Part shown: one piece after another, positions 1-9,935 of the stretch
Numbering within the stretch: position 1 is the first letter of the stretch
Layout of the letters: each line of letters starts with the position of its first letter
Source of the DNA: an uncultured Planctomycetota bacterium
GTDB taxonomy: Bacteria; Planctomycetota; Planctomycetia; Gemmatales; Gemmataceae
Reading direction: 5' to 3'
DNA: 64,000 nt
NCBI GenBank assembly: GCA_963849325.1
Contig: CAWKHF010000008.1
Span: 32,001 to 96,000, forward strand
The notes under the pieces: generated by a model
Told to the model about the DNA's origin: nothing
The model's input: only the letters and a program-made list of their open reading frames with translations
The model's database searches: none
Made by a program: the position numbers and the translations under genes

Positions 1-887
1 CATGCCGGGGCGTCGATCGGGACAGCTGGCCTTCGCCGCCGATGGCCGCAGTCTCGCCGATTTCGACGGCGTGATTCGCCTCCGCGAGATCGCCAGCGGC
101 GGCTCGCGCCTGCAAATCGCCGTACCCGCCGGCCTGCTCTCCCTGGCGTATTCGCCGGATGGTCGCTTCCTGGCCTGTGGGCAGGGCGATGGCATGGTCC
201 GCATCTATGGCGCCGTCACCGGCAAGGAGTTGGCGCAATGGCAGGGAAAGCAGGGCGGCATCCGTGCCCTGGCTTTCCGCCGCGACGGCCACTTGCTGGC
301 CTCCGGCGGCGAAAATGGCACCATCCTCATCTGGAATGTGCCCGCCGGCGAGGATGTGCCGGCGACGCGGACGGCGGAACAGGCCGATGACCCTGTGGCA
401 GACGCTGGCCAACCCCGACGCCGTCCCCAGCGGCCGCGCCCTCGCCGAACTGGTCGCCGCCCCGGCGCAGGCCGTACCGCTCATCCGCGAACGCTTTCGC
501 GGCACCCGTCAGCGGCCGGAGCCGGAACAACTGGCGAAACTCCTCGCCGAGTTGGATGACGACTCCTTCAAGGTCCGCGAGCGCGCCATGCGCGAACTGC
601 TCGCCGCCGGCGCGGACGCCGCCGACGCCCTCCGCAAAGCGCTGGCCAACGACCCCTCCACGGAGGCGCGGCGGCGCATCGAGAGTTTGTTGAATCGACT
701 GGACAAGGGCGGCGACCCGGAGCATTTGCGGGCGCTGCGGGCCATCGAGGTGCTGGAGCGCATCGGCACGCCGCAAGCAAGGGACGTGTTGCGCCAGTTG
801 GCCCGCAAGCCGCTGCCGACGGACCTCGACAACGAGGTCCACGCCAGCTTGCGCCGGCTGGAGCCGCGACGCGAACCACTCCCCTAA
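1..887 (+). CDS. WD40-repeat protein with C-terminal HEAT-like helical domain (5' end outside window; frameshift near 385)
   Basis: ORF 2..559 gives WD40 repeats (LAYSPDGRFLA, LAFRRDGHLLASGGENGTILIW). Frame 159..887 continues LWQTLA...ELDDDSFKVRERA...LRAIEVLERIGT, paralogous to the next gene's C-terminus. Confidence 0.85.
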
Positions 888-899
888 CGGAAGACCGAC

Positions 900-3473
900 A
901 TGATCTCGTCTTCTCGATCTCTGTCCCTCGCCGCGCTGCTGGCGCTGTGCGGGGCGGTGGCCGCCGAGCCGGCGCGCGACCGCTTCGGCGATCCACTGCC
1001 GGAGGGGGCCATCGCTCGCCTGGGCAGTCTGGGACTTCGACACAATAGTTCTGTCTCTGTCGTTGGTTTCTCCCCGGATGGCAGGATCTTGGCCGCTTAC
1101 GATGGGGGTAGTCATCTCGTCTACTGGGATACGACCCGTGGACGCGAAGTACGGCGAGTCCCGGTCAACCTCCACGGTTTGCTGAAATACGTTCGCTTTT
1201 CTCCTGACGGCAAGTCGCTGATTCTGTTCGACGATTCCAGCAACTTTCGCGTCATCGATGCCCTCACCGGCGCCGAGCGGCGCAAGGTGGAGTTGTCCAA
1301 GCAGGGATACCCCTACATGGACCTTCGCGCCGTTGCTGTTTCGCGGGACGGGAATGCGGCGGTCACACTCTACGCGGAGGGAGCGATGATCGTCTGGGAC
1401 CTGGCTAAAGGCAAGCGTCTCGGCGAGTATAAAACGCAAACAGAGATCGAGAGATTTTCCTCCCATCCGATCGCCCTGACGCCGGACGGCAAACAATTGG
1501 TGTTGCCCCACAAGGACGGCTCTCTTCATCTTCTGGATGCGGCATCCGGCAAGGAAGTGCTCGCTTTCGAGATGCCGTCCCATCGCCCGGAAAAGCCACA
1601 AAAAGGCTATCCGATCGTCACGGTTTCTCCGAACGGGCGTTACCTTGCCTACGGCGGCTCATCCAACCGCGCCGGCAGTGACCCATCTCATTTCGTCACG
1701 CTCTGTGACCTAAAGACGGGGAAGCGTTTGCGTGAGTTGTCGTCGAAGGAGAACATCCACCAGTGGGTCTTCACGCCCGATAATCGTTCGCTCGCGGTTT
1801 CCGATGCCGAAACCATTCGCTTTTTCGACGTTTCTTCCGGCAAGGAGACAAAAACCCTCCGCAAACCACGGGGTGGTGGACTGGTTTTTTCGCTCGATGG
1901 TCGAAAGATGGCCACTGCCTGGGGCACCTGCATCCACTTGTGGGATGCCGAGGCCGGTCGGCCCCTGCACTCTCTCATCGGTCATGACTGGTTTATCCGG
2001 ACGATCCATTTTTTCCCGGACGGCAAACGGCTGGTCTCCAATACCAGCGCGGAGATGATCGTTTGGGACGTCGCTGGGAGCCGACCTCTCGCCATTCACC
2101 GAACCGGGCAACTCCAGCAATGGATTTCGGTCCCGGCGGAGGGCGATACCGTCCGATTTCTCGACTGGAAACCGAGGCCGTCGCCAAGGAGAAGGAAGGA
2201 GCGTAGACTTAACGAAAAAGGACTGGAAGAGGGAGAGGAACCCCGACCTTCGGGGATGGAAATTCAGCAAATCTATCGCTGGGACTTGGCCACGGATCGA
2301 AAGGAGCAACAAACCGTCTTTTCGACTCCGGCGGCGTGCGATTGGTTCGCTCTGTCGCCGGATGGTCAGCGCATGGCCACCGTGACACTCCGCGCCGAGC
2401 CGAAGGTTTCTCTGGGCGACGTGAAGGGCGGCAAGCCCGCGGTGTCGGCAGCGCTGCCGGACAGTAGTCGAGTGATCGAAGTCGTGTTCGCGCCGGCCGG
2501 CCGGCGGCTCTTCGTCCGATCGTGGTATGGCGCCGTGCGCGTGTTAGATGGCGCTACAGGCCAACGGGTGCGCGATTTGAAGCCCGATACGTCGGGGCGA
2601 CGAATAGCCTCGACGCCGGCTTTCGCTCCCGACGGGCGCAGCGTTGTCTTGAACGATGGCCGACTGTGCATCCGGGAGATAGCCAGCGGCAAAGATCGCC
2701 TTCAGATCTCTCCGTCGAGTCAAACCGATGATCTGACCTTCTCGCCGAACGGGCGCTACCTGGCCTGGAACTCTCACAATGGCAACGATGGTAGCACTCG
2801 TGTCCTCAGCACGGCGACGGGCAAGCTGCTGGCGCGCTGGAAGGGAAATCAAGGCACCGCTACCGCCTTGGCCTTCAGCCCCGACAGCCGATTGTTGGCG
2901 ACCGGCGGCTATAATGGGACTATTTTACTCTGGAAAATCACCGAAGACGACGGATTGTCGGCTACCCTCACCAAGGAAGAAGCGGTCGCCTTGTGGCAAG
3001 GGCTAGCCGATGACGACGCCGCTCGTGCTCATCGTGCCCTCGCTGGACTTGCCGCCGCGCCGGAGCAGGCGGTCCCGCTCATCAAGGAACGATTTCCCAC
3101 CGCATGGAAGAAGCCAGATGCCAAGCAACTGATGCGGTGGATCGCCGAGTTGGATGACGATTCCTTCAAGGTCCGCGAGCAGGCCACACGCGAACTGCTC
3201 GCCGCCGGCACGGATGCCGCCGACGCGCTCCGCAAAGCATTGGCCCATAATCCCTCCACGGAGGAACGGCGGCGCATGGAAGTTCTGTTGCATCGTCTGG
3301 ACCAGGGCGGCGGCCCGGAGCACCTGCGGGCGCTGCGGGCCATCGAAGTGCTGGAGCGCATCGGCACGCCGCCAGCGAAAGACGTGCTGCGCCAGTTGTC
3401 CCGTAAGCCGCTGCCGACGGACCTCGACGACGAGATCCACGCCAGTCTGCGGCGGCTGGACGAGGGCCGGTGA
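900..3473 (+). CDS. Secreted WD40 beta-propeller protein with C-terminal HEAT-like domain
   Basis: 857 aa; signal peptide; planctomycete motif DRFGDPLPEGAIARLG; many FSPDG-type WD40 repeats. Confidence 0.9.
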   Translation: MISSSRSLSLAALLALCGAVAAEPARDRFGDPLPEGAIARLGSLGLRHNSSVSVVGFSPDGRILAAYDGGSHLVYWDTTRGREVRRVPVNLHGLLKYVRFSPDGKSLILFDDSSNFRVIDALTGAERRKVELSKQGYPYMDLRAVAVSRDGNAAVTLYAEGAMIVWDLAKGKRLGEYKTQTEIERFSSHPIALTPDGKQLVLPHKDGSLHLLDAASGKEVLAFEMPSHRPEKPQKGYPIVTVSPNGRYLAYGGSSNRAGSDPSHFVTLCDLKTGKRLRELSSKENIHQWVFTPDNRSLAVSDAETIRFFDVSSGKETKTLRKPRGGGLVFSLDGRKMATAWGTCIHLWDAEAGRPLHSLIGHDWFIRTIHFFPDGKRLVSNTSAEMIVWDVAGSRPLAIHRTGQLQQWISVPAEGDTVRFLDWKPRPSPRRRKERRLNEKGLEEGEEPRPSGMEIQQIYRWDLATDRKEQQTVFSTPAACDWFALSPDGQRMATVTLRAEPKVSLGDVKGGKPAVSAALPDSSRVIEVVFAPAGRRLFVRSWYGAVRVLDGATGQRVRDLKPDTSGRRIASTPAFAPDGRSVVLNDGRLCIREIASGKDRLQISPSSQTDDLTFSPNGRYLAWNSHNGNDGSTRVLSTATGKLLARWKGNQGTATALAFSPDSRLLATGGYNGTILLWKITEDDGLSATLTKEEAVALWQGLADDDAARAHRALAGLAAAPEQAVPLIKERFPTAWKKPDAKQLMRWIAELDDDSFKVREQATRELLAAGTDAADALRKALAHNPSTEERRRMEVLLHRLDQGGGPEHLRALRAIEVLERIGTPPAKDVLRQLSRKPLPTDLDDEIHASLRRLDEGR

Positions 3474-3584
3474 GGGCGGTGCTCTGCTCGCGCGGTCGGC
3501 CGTCGTCTCCGCCGCCCGAAAACTTCCGAATTGCCTTTCAGTGCCGTCCGGTTAAACTGGATCGGTTAATGAAGCTGGGGATTC

Positions 3585-5597
3585 GTGAGAAACCCAGGAT
3601 CCCATCGCCCGAGTATCACGCCCATGAACTCACCTTTTTCCTCCACCGATGTCGTCGCCGCCCGCGATGCCTTCGCGCGCGCCTGGAAGGCCGGCTCGCG
3701 CCCGCGCATCGAGGATTACTTGCCGCGCCAAGACGGACCGGACCGCGAGGCCCTGGTCCGCGAGTTGATCGCCCTCGACATCCGGCAACGGCAGAACCTT
3801 GGCGACCGGCCGTCGGCGGAAGACTATGGCCGGCGCTTCCCCGATCAGGCGGAGTGGCTGGGACGCGAGATGGCCGCCCTGCTCGAATCGGCCAATCTCT
3901 CGCAGAACCCGACGACCCCCTATGGGGCGTCTTCGCCGGCCCGGCGCGAGGAAGGAACGCCCACCGCTTCCGACTCGCCGCCGACTGTCGGCCGCTATCG
4001 ACTGGAGGCGCGGTTGGGACGAGGAGGGTTCGGCGAAGTGTGGCGCGGCTTCGATCCCGAACTGCGCCGCGCCGTGGCGGTCAAGCTGCCCCGCCTGGAC
4101 CATCCCTCCGCCCAGGCGGCGCGGGAGCTGTTCCTGGCCGAGGCCCGCAAAGTGGCCGCTCTGGACCTGCCCGGTATCGTGCCCGTCTACGATGTCGGCT
4201 GGCAGGGCGAGCGCGGCTACATCGTTTCCAAGTACATCGACGGCGGTTCGCTGGCCGACCTCCTGAAGCAGCGGCGCCTGACGCCGGCGGAGTCGGCTCG
4301 TCTGGTGGCCGACGTGGCCGCCGCCCTGCATCAGGCCCATTTGCGCAACATCGTCCATCGCGACCTCAAACCCGACAACATTCTCCTCGACCGCCAAGGC
4401 ACTCCCTACGTCGCCGATTTCGGACTCGCCGTCAGCGAGGAGGAGCAGCTGCGCGAACCGCGCGGAGCGGCCGGCACCTTCGCCTACATGTCTCCCGAGC
4501 AGGTCGAGGGACGCAGTCATCACCTGGACGCTCGCTCCGACGTGTACAGCCTGGGCGTTGTCCTCTATCAATTGCTGACCGCCCGACTGCCGTTCCTGGC
4601 CCACGTTCCGCATGAATACGCGGAACAGATCCGGACCCGCGAGCCGCGACCACCGCGGACCATCGACGATACCATTCCGCCCGAACTGGAGCGGATTTGC
4701 CTCAAATGCCTGGCCAAGTCGGTCTCCGGCCGGTACTCCACGGCGGCGGACCTGGCCGCCGACTTGCGGGCGTTTGGCCGCGAAGGCGCGCTGCCGAAGC
4801 GATGGCGTCATCTCGTCGCCGGAGCGGCCCTCGTTGCCGCGCTGGCGATGGCTGTGCTCGTCGCCTGGCGCCTCGGACGCCCCGGCGGCCAAGCGAACGA
4901 CAAGGGAGAAGACGGAGGGCGATCGGCCGAGCCGGAAGTTCACTCCCGCGTCCCCGGCTTCCCGCCCAGCTGGCGGCAGCGTTTGGGGCAGGAACCCGAG
5001 GAGTTGATCTGGCCCGGCTATCGAGGGACGAGCAGTTATGACTATGACATGGAGATAAGGGCGTTGCGCCTCAGCACCGATTCGCTCCGCCTCATCAAGC
5101 TGGGAGAGTTGCCGGACAAGCCCTATACCGTATCGGTGGCGCTGCGGCAGATGATCTGGGGAGGCTCCGCAGGGATCTTCCTGGGCTACCGCGTCGAGAT
5201 CTTCAAGGGGCGGCCCCGTGCCTGCTTCCAATCGCTGTTCCTGGCCAAGAAGCACACCGGCCCGGCGGGCCCCATCGTTCTGGCCGTGTACCGCACCCTC
5301 TGCGCGATCGACTCGTCCGAAGGTTTGGCCGTCACGCGGAAAGACCTGGGCCATGACCAGGTTCCCTGGCCGGCCGCCGGTGTCCTCCCGCGCCTCGAAC
5401 TCCAGATCGAGGGGGGGAAGCTGGTCTCGGCGCGCTGGGGCGGCCAGGAACTGCCGGGGATAACGAGGAAGGTCAACAACGATCGGACGACGCGCGAAGA
5501 GTACGTCGGTCCCTGGGGGATTACCGACCAGTGGGAAACCACGTGGTTCCGCGACCCCAGCGCGATCGTCCATCTCGAAAAAGGAGATCCGAAATGA
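3585..5597 (+). CDS. Membrane-anchored Hanks-type Ser/Thr protein kinase (start may be 3624)
   Basis: LGRGGFGEVW, VAVK, HRDLKPDN, DFG, GTFAYMSPEQ, SDVYSLG motifs; TM helix after the kinase domain; N-terminal AWKAGSRPRIEDYL extension. Confidence 0.93.
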   Translation: MRNPGSHRPSITPMNSPFSSTDVVAARDAFARAWKAGSRPRIEDYLPRQDGPDREALVRELIALDIRQRQNLGDRPSAEDYGRRFPDQAEWLGREMAALLESANLSQNPTTPYGASSPARREEGTPTASDSPPTVGRYRLEARLGRGGFGEVWRGFDPELRRAVAVKLPRLDHPSAQAARELFLAEARKVAALDLPGIVPVYDVGWQGERGYIVSKYIDGGSLADLLKQRRLTPAESARLVADVAAALHQAHLRNIVHRDLKPDNILLDRQGTPYVADFGLAVSEEEQLREPRGAAGTFAYMSPEQVEGRSHHLDARSDVYSLGVVLYQLLTARLPFLAHVPHEYAEQIRTREPRPPRTIDDTIPPELERICLKCLAKSVSGRYSTAADLAADLRAFGREGALPKRWRHLVAGAALVAALAMAVLVAWRLGRPGGQANDKGEDGGRSAEPEVHSRVPGFPPSWRQRLGQEPEELIWPGYRGTSSYDYDMEIRALRLSTDSLRLIKLGELPDKPYTVSVALRQMIWGGSAGIFLGYRVEIFKGRPRACFQSLFLAKKHTGPAGPIVLAVYRTLCAIDSSEGLAVTRKDLGHDQVPWPAAGVLPRLELQIEGGKLVSARWGGQELPGITRKVNNDRTTREEYVGPWGITDQWETTWFRDPSAIVHLEKGDPK

Positions 5598-6400
5598 GGC
5601 CGTCCTCGCCCCACCACCCCAAAGTACACAGCCTGCCCGCGGTCGTGATCTACCAACCTCCTCCTCCGGGCAGCAGCGGCCCCTTGCCCTACCCCATCGG
5701 CGATCCGAATGGTTGTACCATCTCCGCCAACGGTGCGGTGGTGGATCCGCACGCCACCGAGATCACGTCGGTGGTCGGCTGGGTGAACGACGAAGACTTC
5801 GCCGAGGAGGGCGACTGGGACGGCCTGGACTGGAGCGTCACCGCGGGCAAAGCCACATCCGGGGCCGTCAATACCTTCACCGTCGAGGTCACCTACAACC
5901 GGGACGATGGCACGAGCACGACGCAATCGGCCTCGGTCGACTTCCGTGCCACGGGTTTTTCCGGCAGCTGCTCGGGCAGCTCGTTGCACGCGGGCCATCG
6001 CCGGCCGATTGCTCGCCTCATGCCACGTTATTACAAGCTCCTGGTAGACGTTCACTCCCTGCCCCCGTCGGCGCAGGGCGAAAGCCTGCTGCTGGGCGGA
6101 TTGCTCGGTCGAACGCCCGTCTACCTGGCGTATGACGTGGCCCTGTCCACGCCGACGGAGCCGGTCTGGCGCGACATCAACCTGCCGTCCTCGGCGGGGC
6201 AATGGACGTTGCGCGTCCGGGCGTCGGGCTGTGGCCTCGCTGGCGAACTCGTGCTGCAACGGCTTACGGAGACCGAGGTGTTGCCGCCGCTGATCTTCCG
6301 CTGTGCGTCGTGGTCGTTCACGAGGCTCAATTTCCTGGCCCCGGACACCGCGCGGACGGGGGCAGGGCCGGCCGTGGCCGTGGTGGCGGAGCCGGCATGA
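5594..6400 (+). CDS. Hypothetical protein (268 aa)
   Basis: AAGGAG RBS at 5581; ATGA overlap with the kinase stop and again with the downstream GT start. Confidence 0.65.
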   Translation: MRPSSPHHPKVHSLPAVVIYQPPPPGSSGPLPYPIGDPNGCTISANGAVVDPHATEITSVVGWVNDEDFAEEGDWDGLDWSVTAGKATSGAVNTFTVEVTYNRDDGTSTTQSASVDFRATGFSGSCSGSSLHAGHRRPIARLMPRYYKLLVDVHSLPPSAQGESLLLGGLLGRTPVYLAYDVALSTPTEPVWRDINLPSSAGQWTLRVRASGCGLAGELVLQRLTETEVLPPLIFRCASWSFTRLNFLAPDTARTGAGPAVAVVAEPA

Positions 6401-8827
6401 ACACGCTCGCCCTGCCCATTTGTCGTCATCGCGGCGAGCAGTTCACTCCGGGCCAATGGGTCTGCTCGTCGCCGCGGCTGGTGATCCCCGGCGGCATCGT
6501 CACGGCGGAGGTGTGCCGGCACGAGTGCCCCTACGCCGACCACGACGACGACCTTCCGCCCGGCTGCCTGCCGTCCGACGCCGCCGAGGAGACGGCGCAG
6601 GCGGCGACCCCCCTTGCCGTCGCCGCCGACCCCGAATCGATCGCCGTCGCCATGATTACGGCGCCGCGGCCGGTGCCGACCGTCGAGCGCAGCTTGCACG
6701 AATTGCGCCGCGCCGGCTTCGCGCAGACGATTTGTGTCTTCGAGGAGCCGGGCACCGACCTGGCGCTGCGGCCGGGAGTCCGTCTCTTTTCCAACGCCGA
6801 GCGTCTCGGCCCGTGGCCCAACTGGCGACGAGCGGCCGCGTCTCTGCTGGAGTTGACGGACACTCCCTTCCTCCTCATCTGCGAGGATGACATTTGCCTG
6901 CGGCCGGACGCCGCCCTGGGACTGCTGTACGCCGTGCAGACCCTGCCTCGGGACGATTGGGGCTACGTCTCGCTGTATACGCCCTGGCACAATGTTCGCG
7001 GGCAGACGTTGGTTTCCGGCTGGCAGGCGCTGCCGGTGGGCGACAACGGCTGGGGAGCGCTGGCCTACTGCTTCACGCGCGATTCGCTGCAAGCGCTCCT
7101 GACGTTTACCGCGCCGTTGGCGGCGTGCGCCGAGGGCCACACGGATTTGTTCGTCTCCTCGGCGCTGGGCCAGCTGGGACGGTCGTGTTACTTTCACGTG
7201 CCCAGCCTGGGCGACCACACCGGCGAGGGCATCTCCAGCCTGGGACATCGCCATCTCCCCGAGATGGCGGCGGTCGATTATCAGCCGAATGCCCATGCCT
7301 ACGTGCGCGATCTCGCGCCGCCTCGGACGGTCGAACGGCCAGCTTCTCTCCCGCGGGTCGGACAGATTTCGGTATCGGGAGCGTCCGTGGCGGTCATCGT
7401 TCCCACCTACAATTGTGCGGCCTACCTCGGCGATTGCGTGCGCAGCCTACGGCGACAAACGGTCCCCTGCGAGATCGTGGTCGTGGACGACGGCAGCACG
7501 GATGAGACCGCCGGCGTCCTGGCCGAACTGGGCGGCGCGGTGCGCGTGCTCCACCACGAGCGGAACGAGGGGGCCAACGCGGCGCGGAATACGGGCCTGC
7601 GGGCCACGGACTCGGACTGGGTGGTCCTGGCCGACGCCGACGCCGTTTACGCCCCTCATTTCCTGGAGACCTTGCTGGATCGGGCCGCCGCCGGGGTATC
7701 GCTGGTCTATGGGCCGTACCAGCTGCAAGACGCTGCCTCCGGGACCGTCACGCGCATCCCCGCCCAGCCGTGGGATGCCGAAGCGCTGTGGTGGTCGAAT
7801 TACATTTCCATGTGTTCACTCATCCGCCGGGAGGCGCTGCCGGCCCAATTGCCGTCGCAAGACCACTTCGACGATTGGGCGCTGTGGCTGGACCTGGCCG
7901 AGCGCGGCCACCGGGGGGCGCGCGTCGCCGAGGTGACGTTCACGGCCTTTTTGCGCCGCGACGGCAAAACGTCCCGGTTACGCAACGATCCGCACGTCCT
8001 GCGAAGGGAGGTCGCCCATTATCGCCGGAAATACGCACACTTGATCGCGGCCGTGGAACCGATTGCCGTGGTCATCCCCGCGCGGGAGTGCCTCGACCTG
8101 ACGTTGCGCTGCCTCGACCATCTGAGTTGGTATGCCGGACTGCCGGTCGAGGTGATCTATGTGGACAACGGCAGTCCGGTTTCTGTTCCCGCCGCGGTCG
8201 AGGCAGCGGCCGCGCGGCTGGGCCTACCGTTCACGGTCCTGCGCAACGACAGCCGCGCCCAGTTCACGCAGGCCGTCAACCAGGGCATCCGGCTGGCCGA
8301 TGGCCGGCACGTCCTGGTGCTGAACAACGATTGCTTTGTCGGCCCGGATTGCCTGGAGCGGCTGTACTGGCACCTGACGCGCAGTCCGCACCGAGTCGGC
8401 GCCGTCGGTCCCTTGACCGGAGACGGCGAAAACCAATCGTTGCGACACGCCGCGCGTCGGTTCCAGGCGGGGATCGCCCCGGACCTGGAACTGGATTACC
8501 AGGATGCGCTCGCCGGCGCAAGTGCTGCACGGCCCCTTTCGCTGCATCGACACGCCGATGCTGGCCTTCTTTTGCACTCTGCTCCACCGCGACGCCCTGC
8601 GCCAGTGCGGCCCCCTGGACGAAACGACGTCCGCCTTCGCCGCCGGGTTGGGCGCCGACGACGAATGGTGCTGGCGCGTCTGGCGTCGGGGCTGGGCCTT
8701 GAAGCTCGCCCTGGACGCCTACGCCGTCCATCTCGGCAGTCAGACCTTCCGGCGCCTGGGCATCGATCGCCCCGCCCTGTCTCGGGTGGCCCTGGACGAG
8801 CTGGGGAGGATGTGCCGGGAGGACTGA
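6397..8827 (+). CDS. Multidomain family-2 glycosyltransferase (three GT-A-like domains, Cys-rich N-terminus); frameshift near 8520
   Basis: LICEDD; VIVPTYN...VVDDGS...LADAD; VVIPAR...YVDNGS...LNNDC; continues in frame 8504..8827 (LAFFCTLL...GLGADDEWC). Confidence 0.85.
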
Positions 8828-8831
8828 GGAC

Positions 8832-9583
8832 GTGATCCACGTCTACACGGTCTGCTGGAACGAGGAGCGCATTCTGCCCTATTTTCTGCGCCACTACGGC
8901 CGCTTCGCCGAGCGCATCATCGTTTACGACAATTATTCCACGGACGGTTCTCGGCAGGATTCTCGCCTCCGATCCTGCGCACCGAGGTCCGAGCGTTCGG
9001 CGTTCCGGAGGGACCGTGGAGCGAATGGAGCCGGGTGTCCTGGAGACGCCATGCGTGGAAGGAGAGCCGCGGCCGGTGTCACTGGGTCATCGTGGTTGAC
9101 TGCGATGAATTGCTCTGGCATCCCCACCTGGGGGACTATCTGAACGCTTGCCGCAAGCGGGGCATCACGATCCCCAAGCCTCAAGGCTACGAGATGGTAT
9201 CCGAGACCTTCCCCGTGGGTGCGGGGCAGATTTACGACACGGTGACGAGAGGTTCCCCTTTTTCCCGGCTGAGCAAATGCGTGGTCTTTGACCCCGAGGC
9301 CATCGAGGAGATCGACTACGAACCGGGTGCGCACGCGGCGCACCCGCGCGGCCGGGTCGTAAGGGACGAGCCTCCGGCCCTGAAACTGCTGCACTTCAAG
9401 CACCTGGGTCTGCCGTACCTCCTGCGGCGCTATCATCAACTCGCGGATCGGCTGACCGACCTGGACCGCCGGATGAATTGGGGGCATCATTACGGACAAT
9501 CGGAGGAGCATATTCGGACGAACTTTGATGCCTTGCTCCAATGCGCGCGGCCGGTTCGTTGCCTATCCGAGCCGGAAGCGTGA
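8832..9583 (+). CDS. Glycosyltransferase family 2 (Glyco_tranf_2_4-like); frameshift(s) about 8960-9035
   Basis: CWNEERILPYFLRHY...VYDNYSTDGS, then WVIVVDCDE and LLHFKH in frame 9035..9583. Confidence 0.82.
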
Positions 9584-9625
9584 GTGAGGGGAGACGTTCT
9601 CCCGCGCTTACACTTCCGGCTCGGA
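9566..9625. repeat. REP-like hairpin, family A (degenerate copy)
   Basis: tccgagccggaagcgtgag...cttacacttccggctcgga; related to copies at 11786, 45145 and 48920. Confidence 0.75.
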
Positions 9626-9727
9626 CCAATTATTTTGGAAAAAATGGTACTGCGCCGAGCGGTCGGCGGGCAATAAGAAGGGGAGGACAAGGCGGTTGCG
9701 TGCGTGGATTCTGGAAGCGTTGGGTTT

Positions 9728-9886
9728 GTTTCGTTAGCCCAGCCCTTCAGGGCTGGGAAGAGGGGCGGGACGAAACGGCTTCGGGGCTTTAGCCCCTCCG
9801 GCATGGAGGCGCGGCGGAGGGCCTAAAGGCCCCATTCTCTCTCTTTCCCCGCATTCCCCAGCCCTGAAGGGCTGGGCTAACGAAAC
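9728..9886. repeat. REPIN/MITE-like element with perfect 30-bp terminal inverted repeats and an inner imperfect IR
   Basis: gtttcgttagcccagcccttcagggctggg (9728-9757) and its reverse complement (9857-9886); inner ggggctttagccc / gggcctaaaggcccc. Confidence 0.85.
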
Positions 9887-9935
9887 AGACCATACCAGAA
9901 GCCATTCGTGCGCCCGGGTTACGGAATCCCACGCC

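Noticed and set aside
546-3459. Diversity-generating retroelement TR/VR pair (also considered for the ygiQ duplication)
   Set aside because: Mismatches are not adenine-specific and there is no reverse transcriptase in the window.
3630-5573. 647-aa minus-strand ORF (likewise 327-1601, 18147-19466, 27536-28597, 33630-35042)
   Set aside because: Antisense shadows of well-supported genes, with no motifs of their own.
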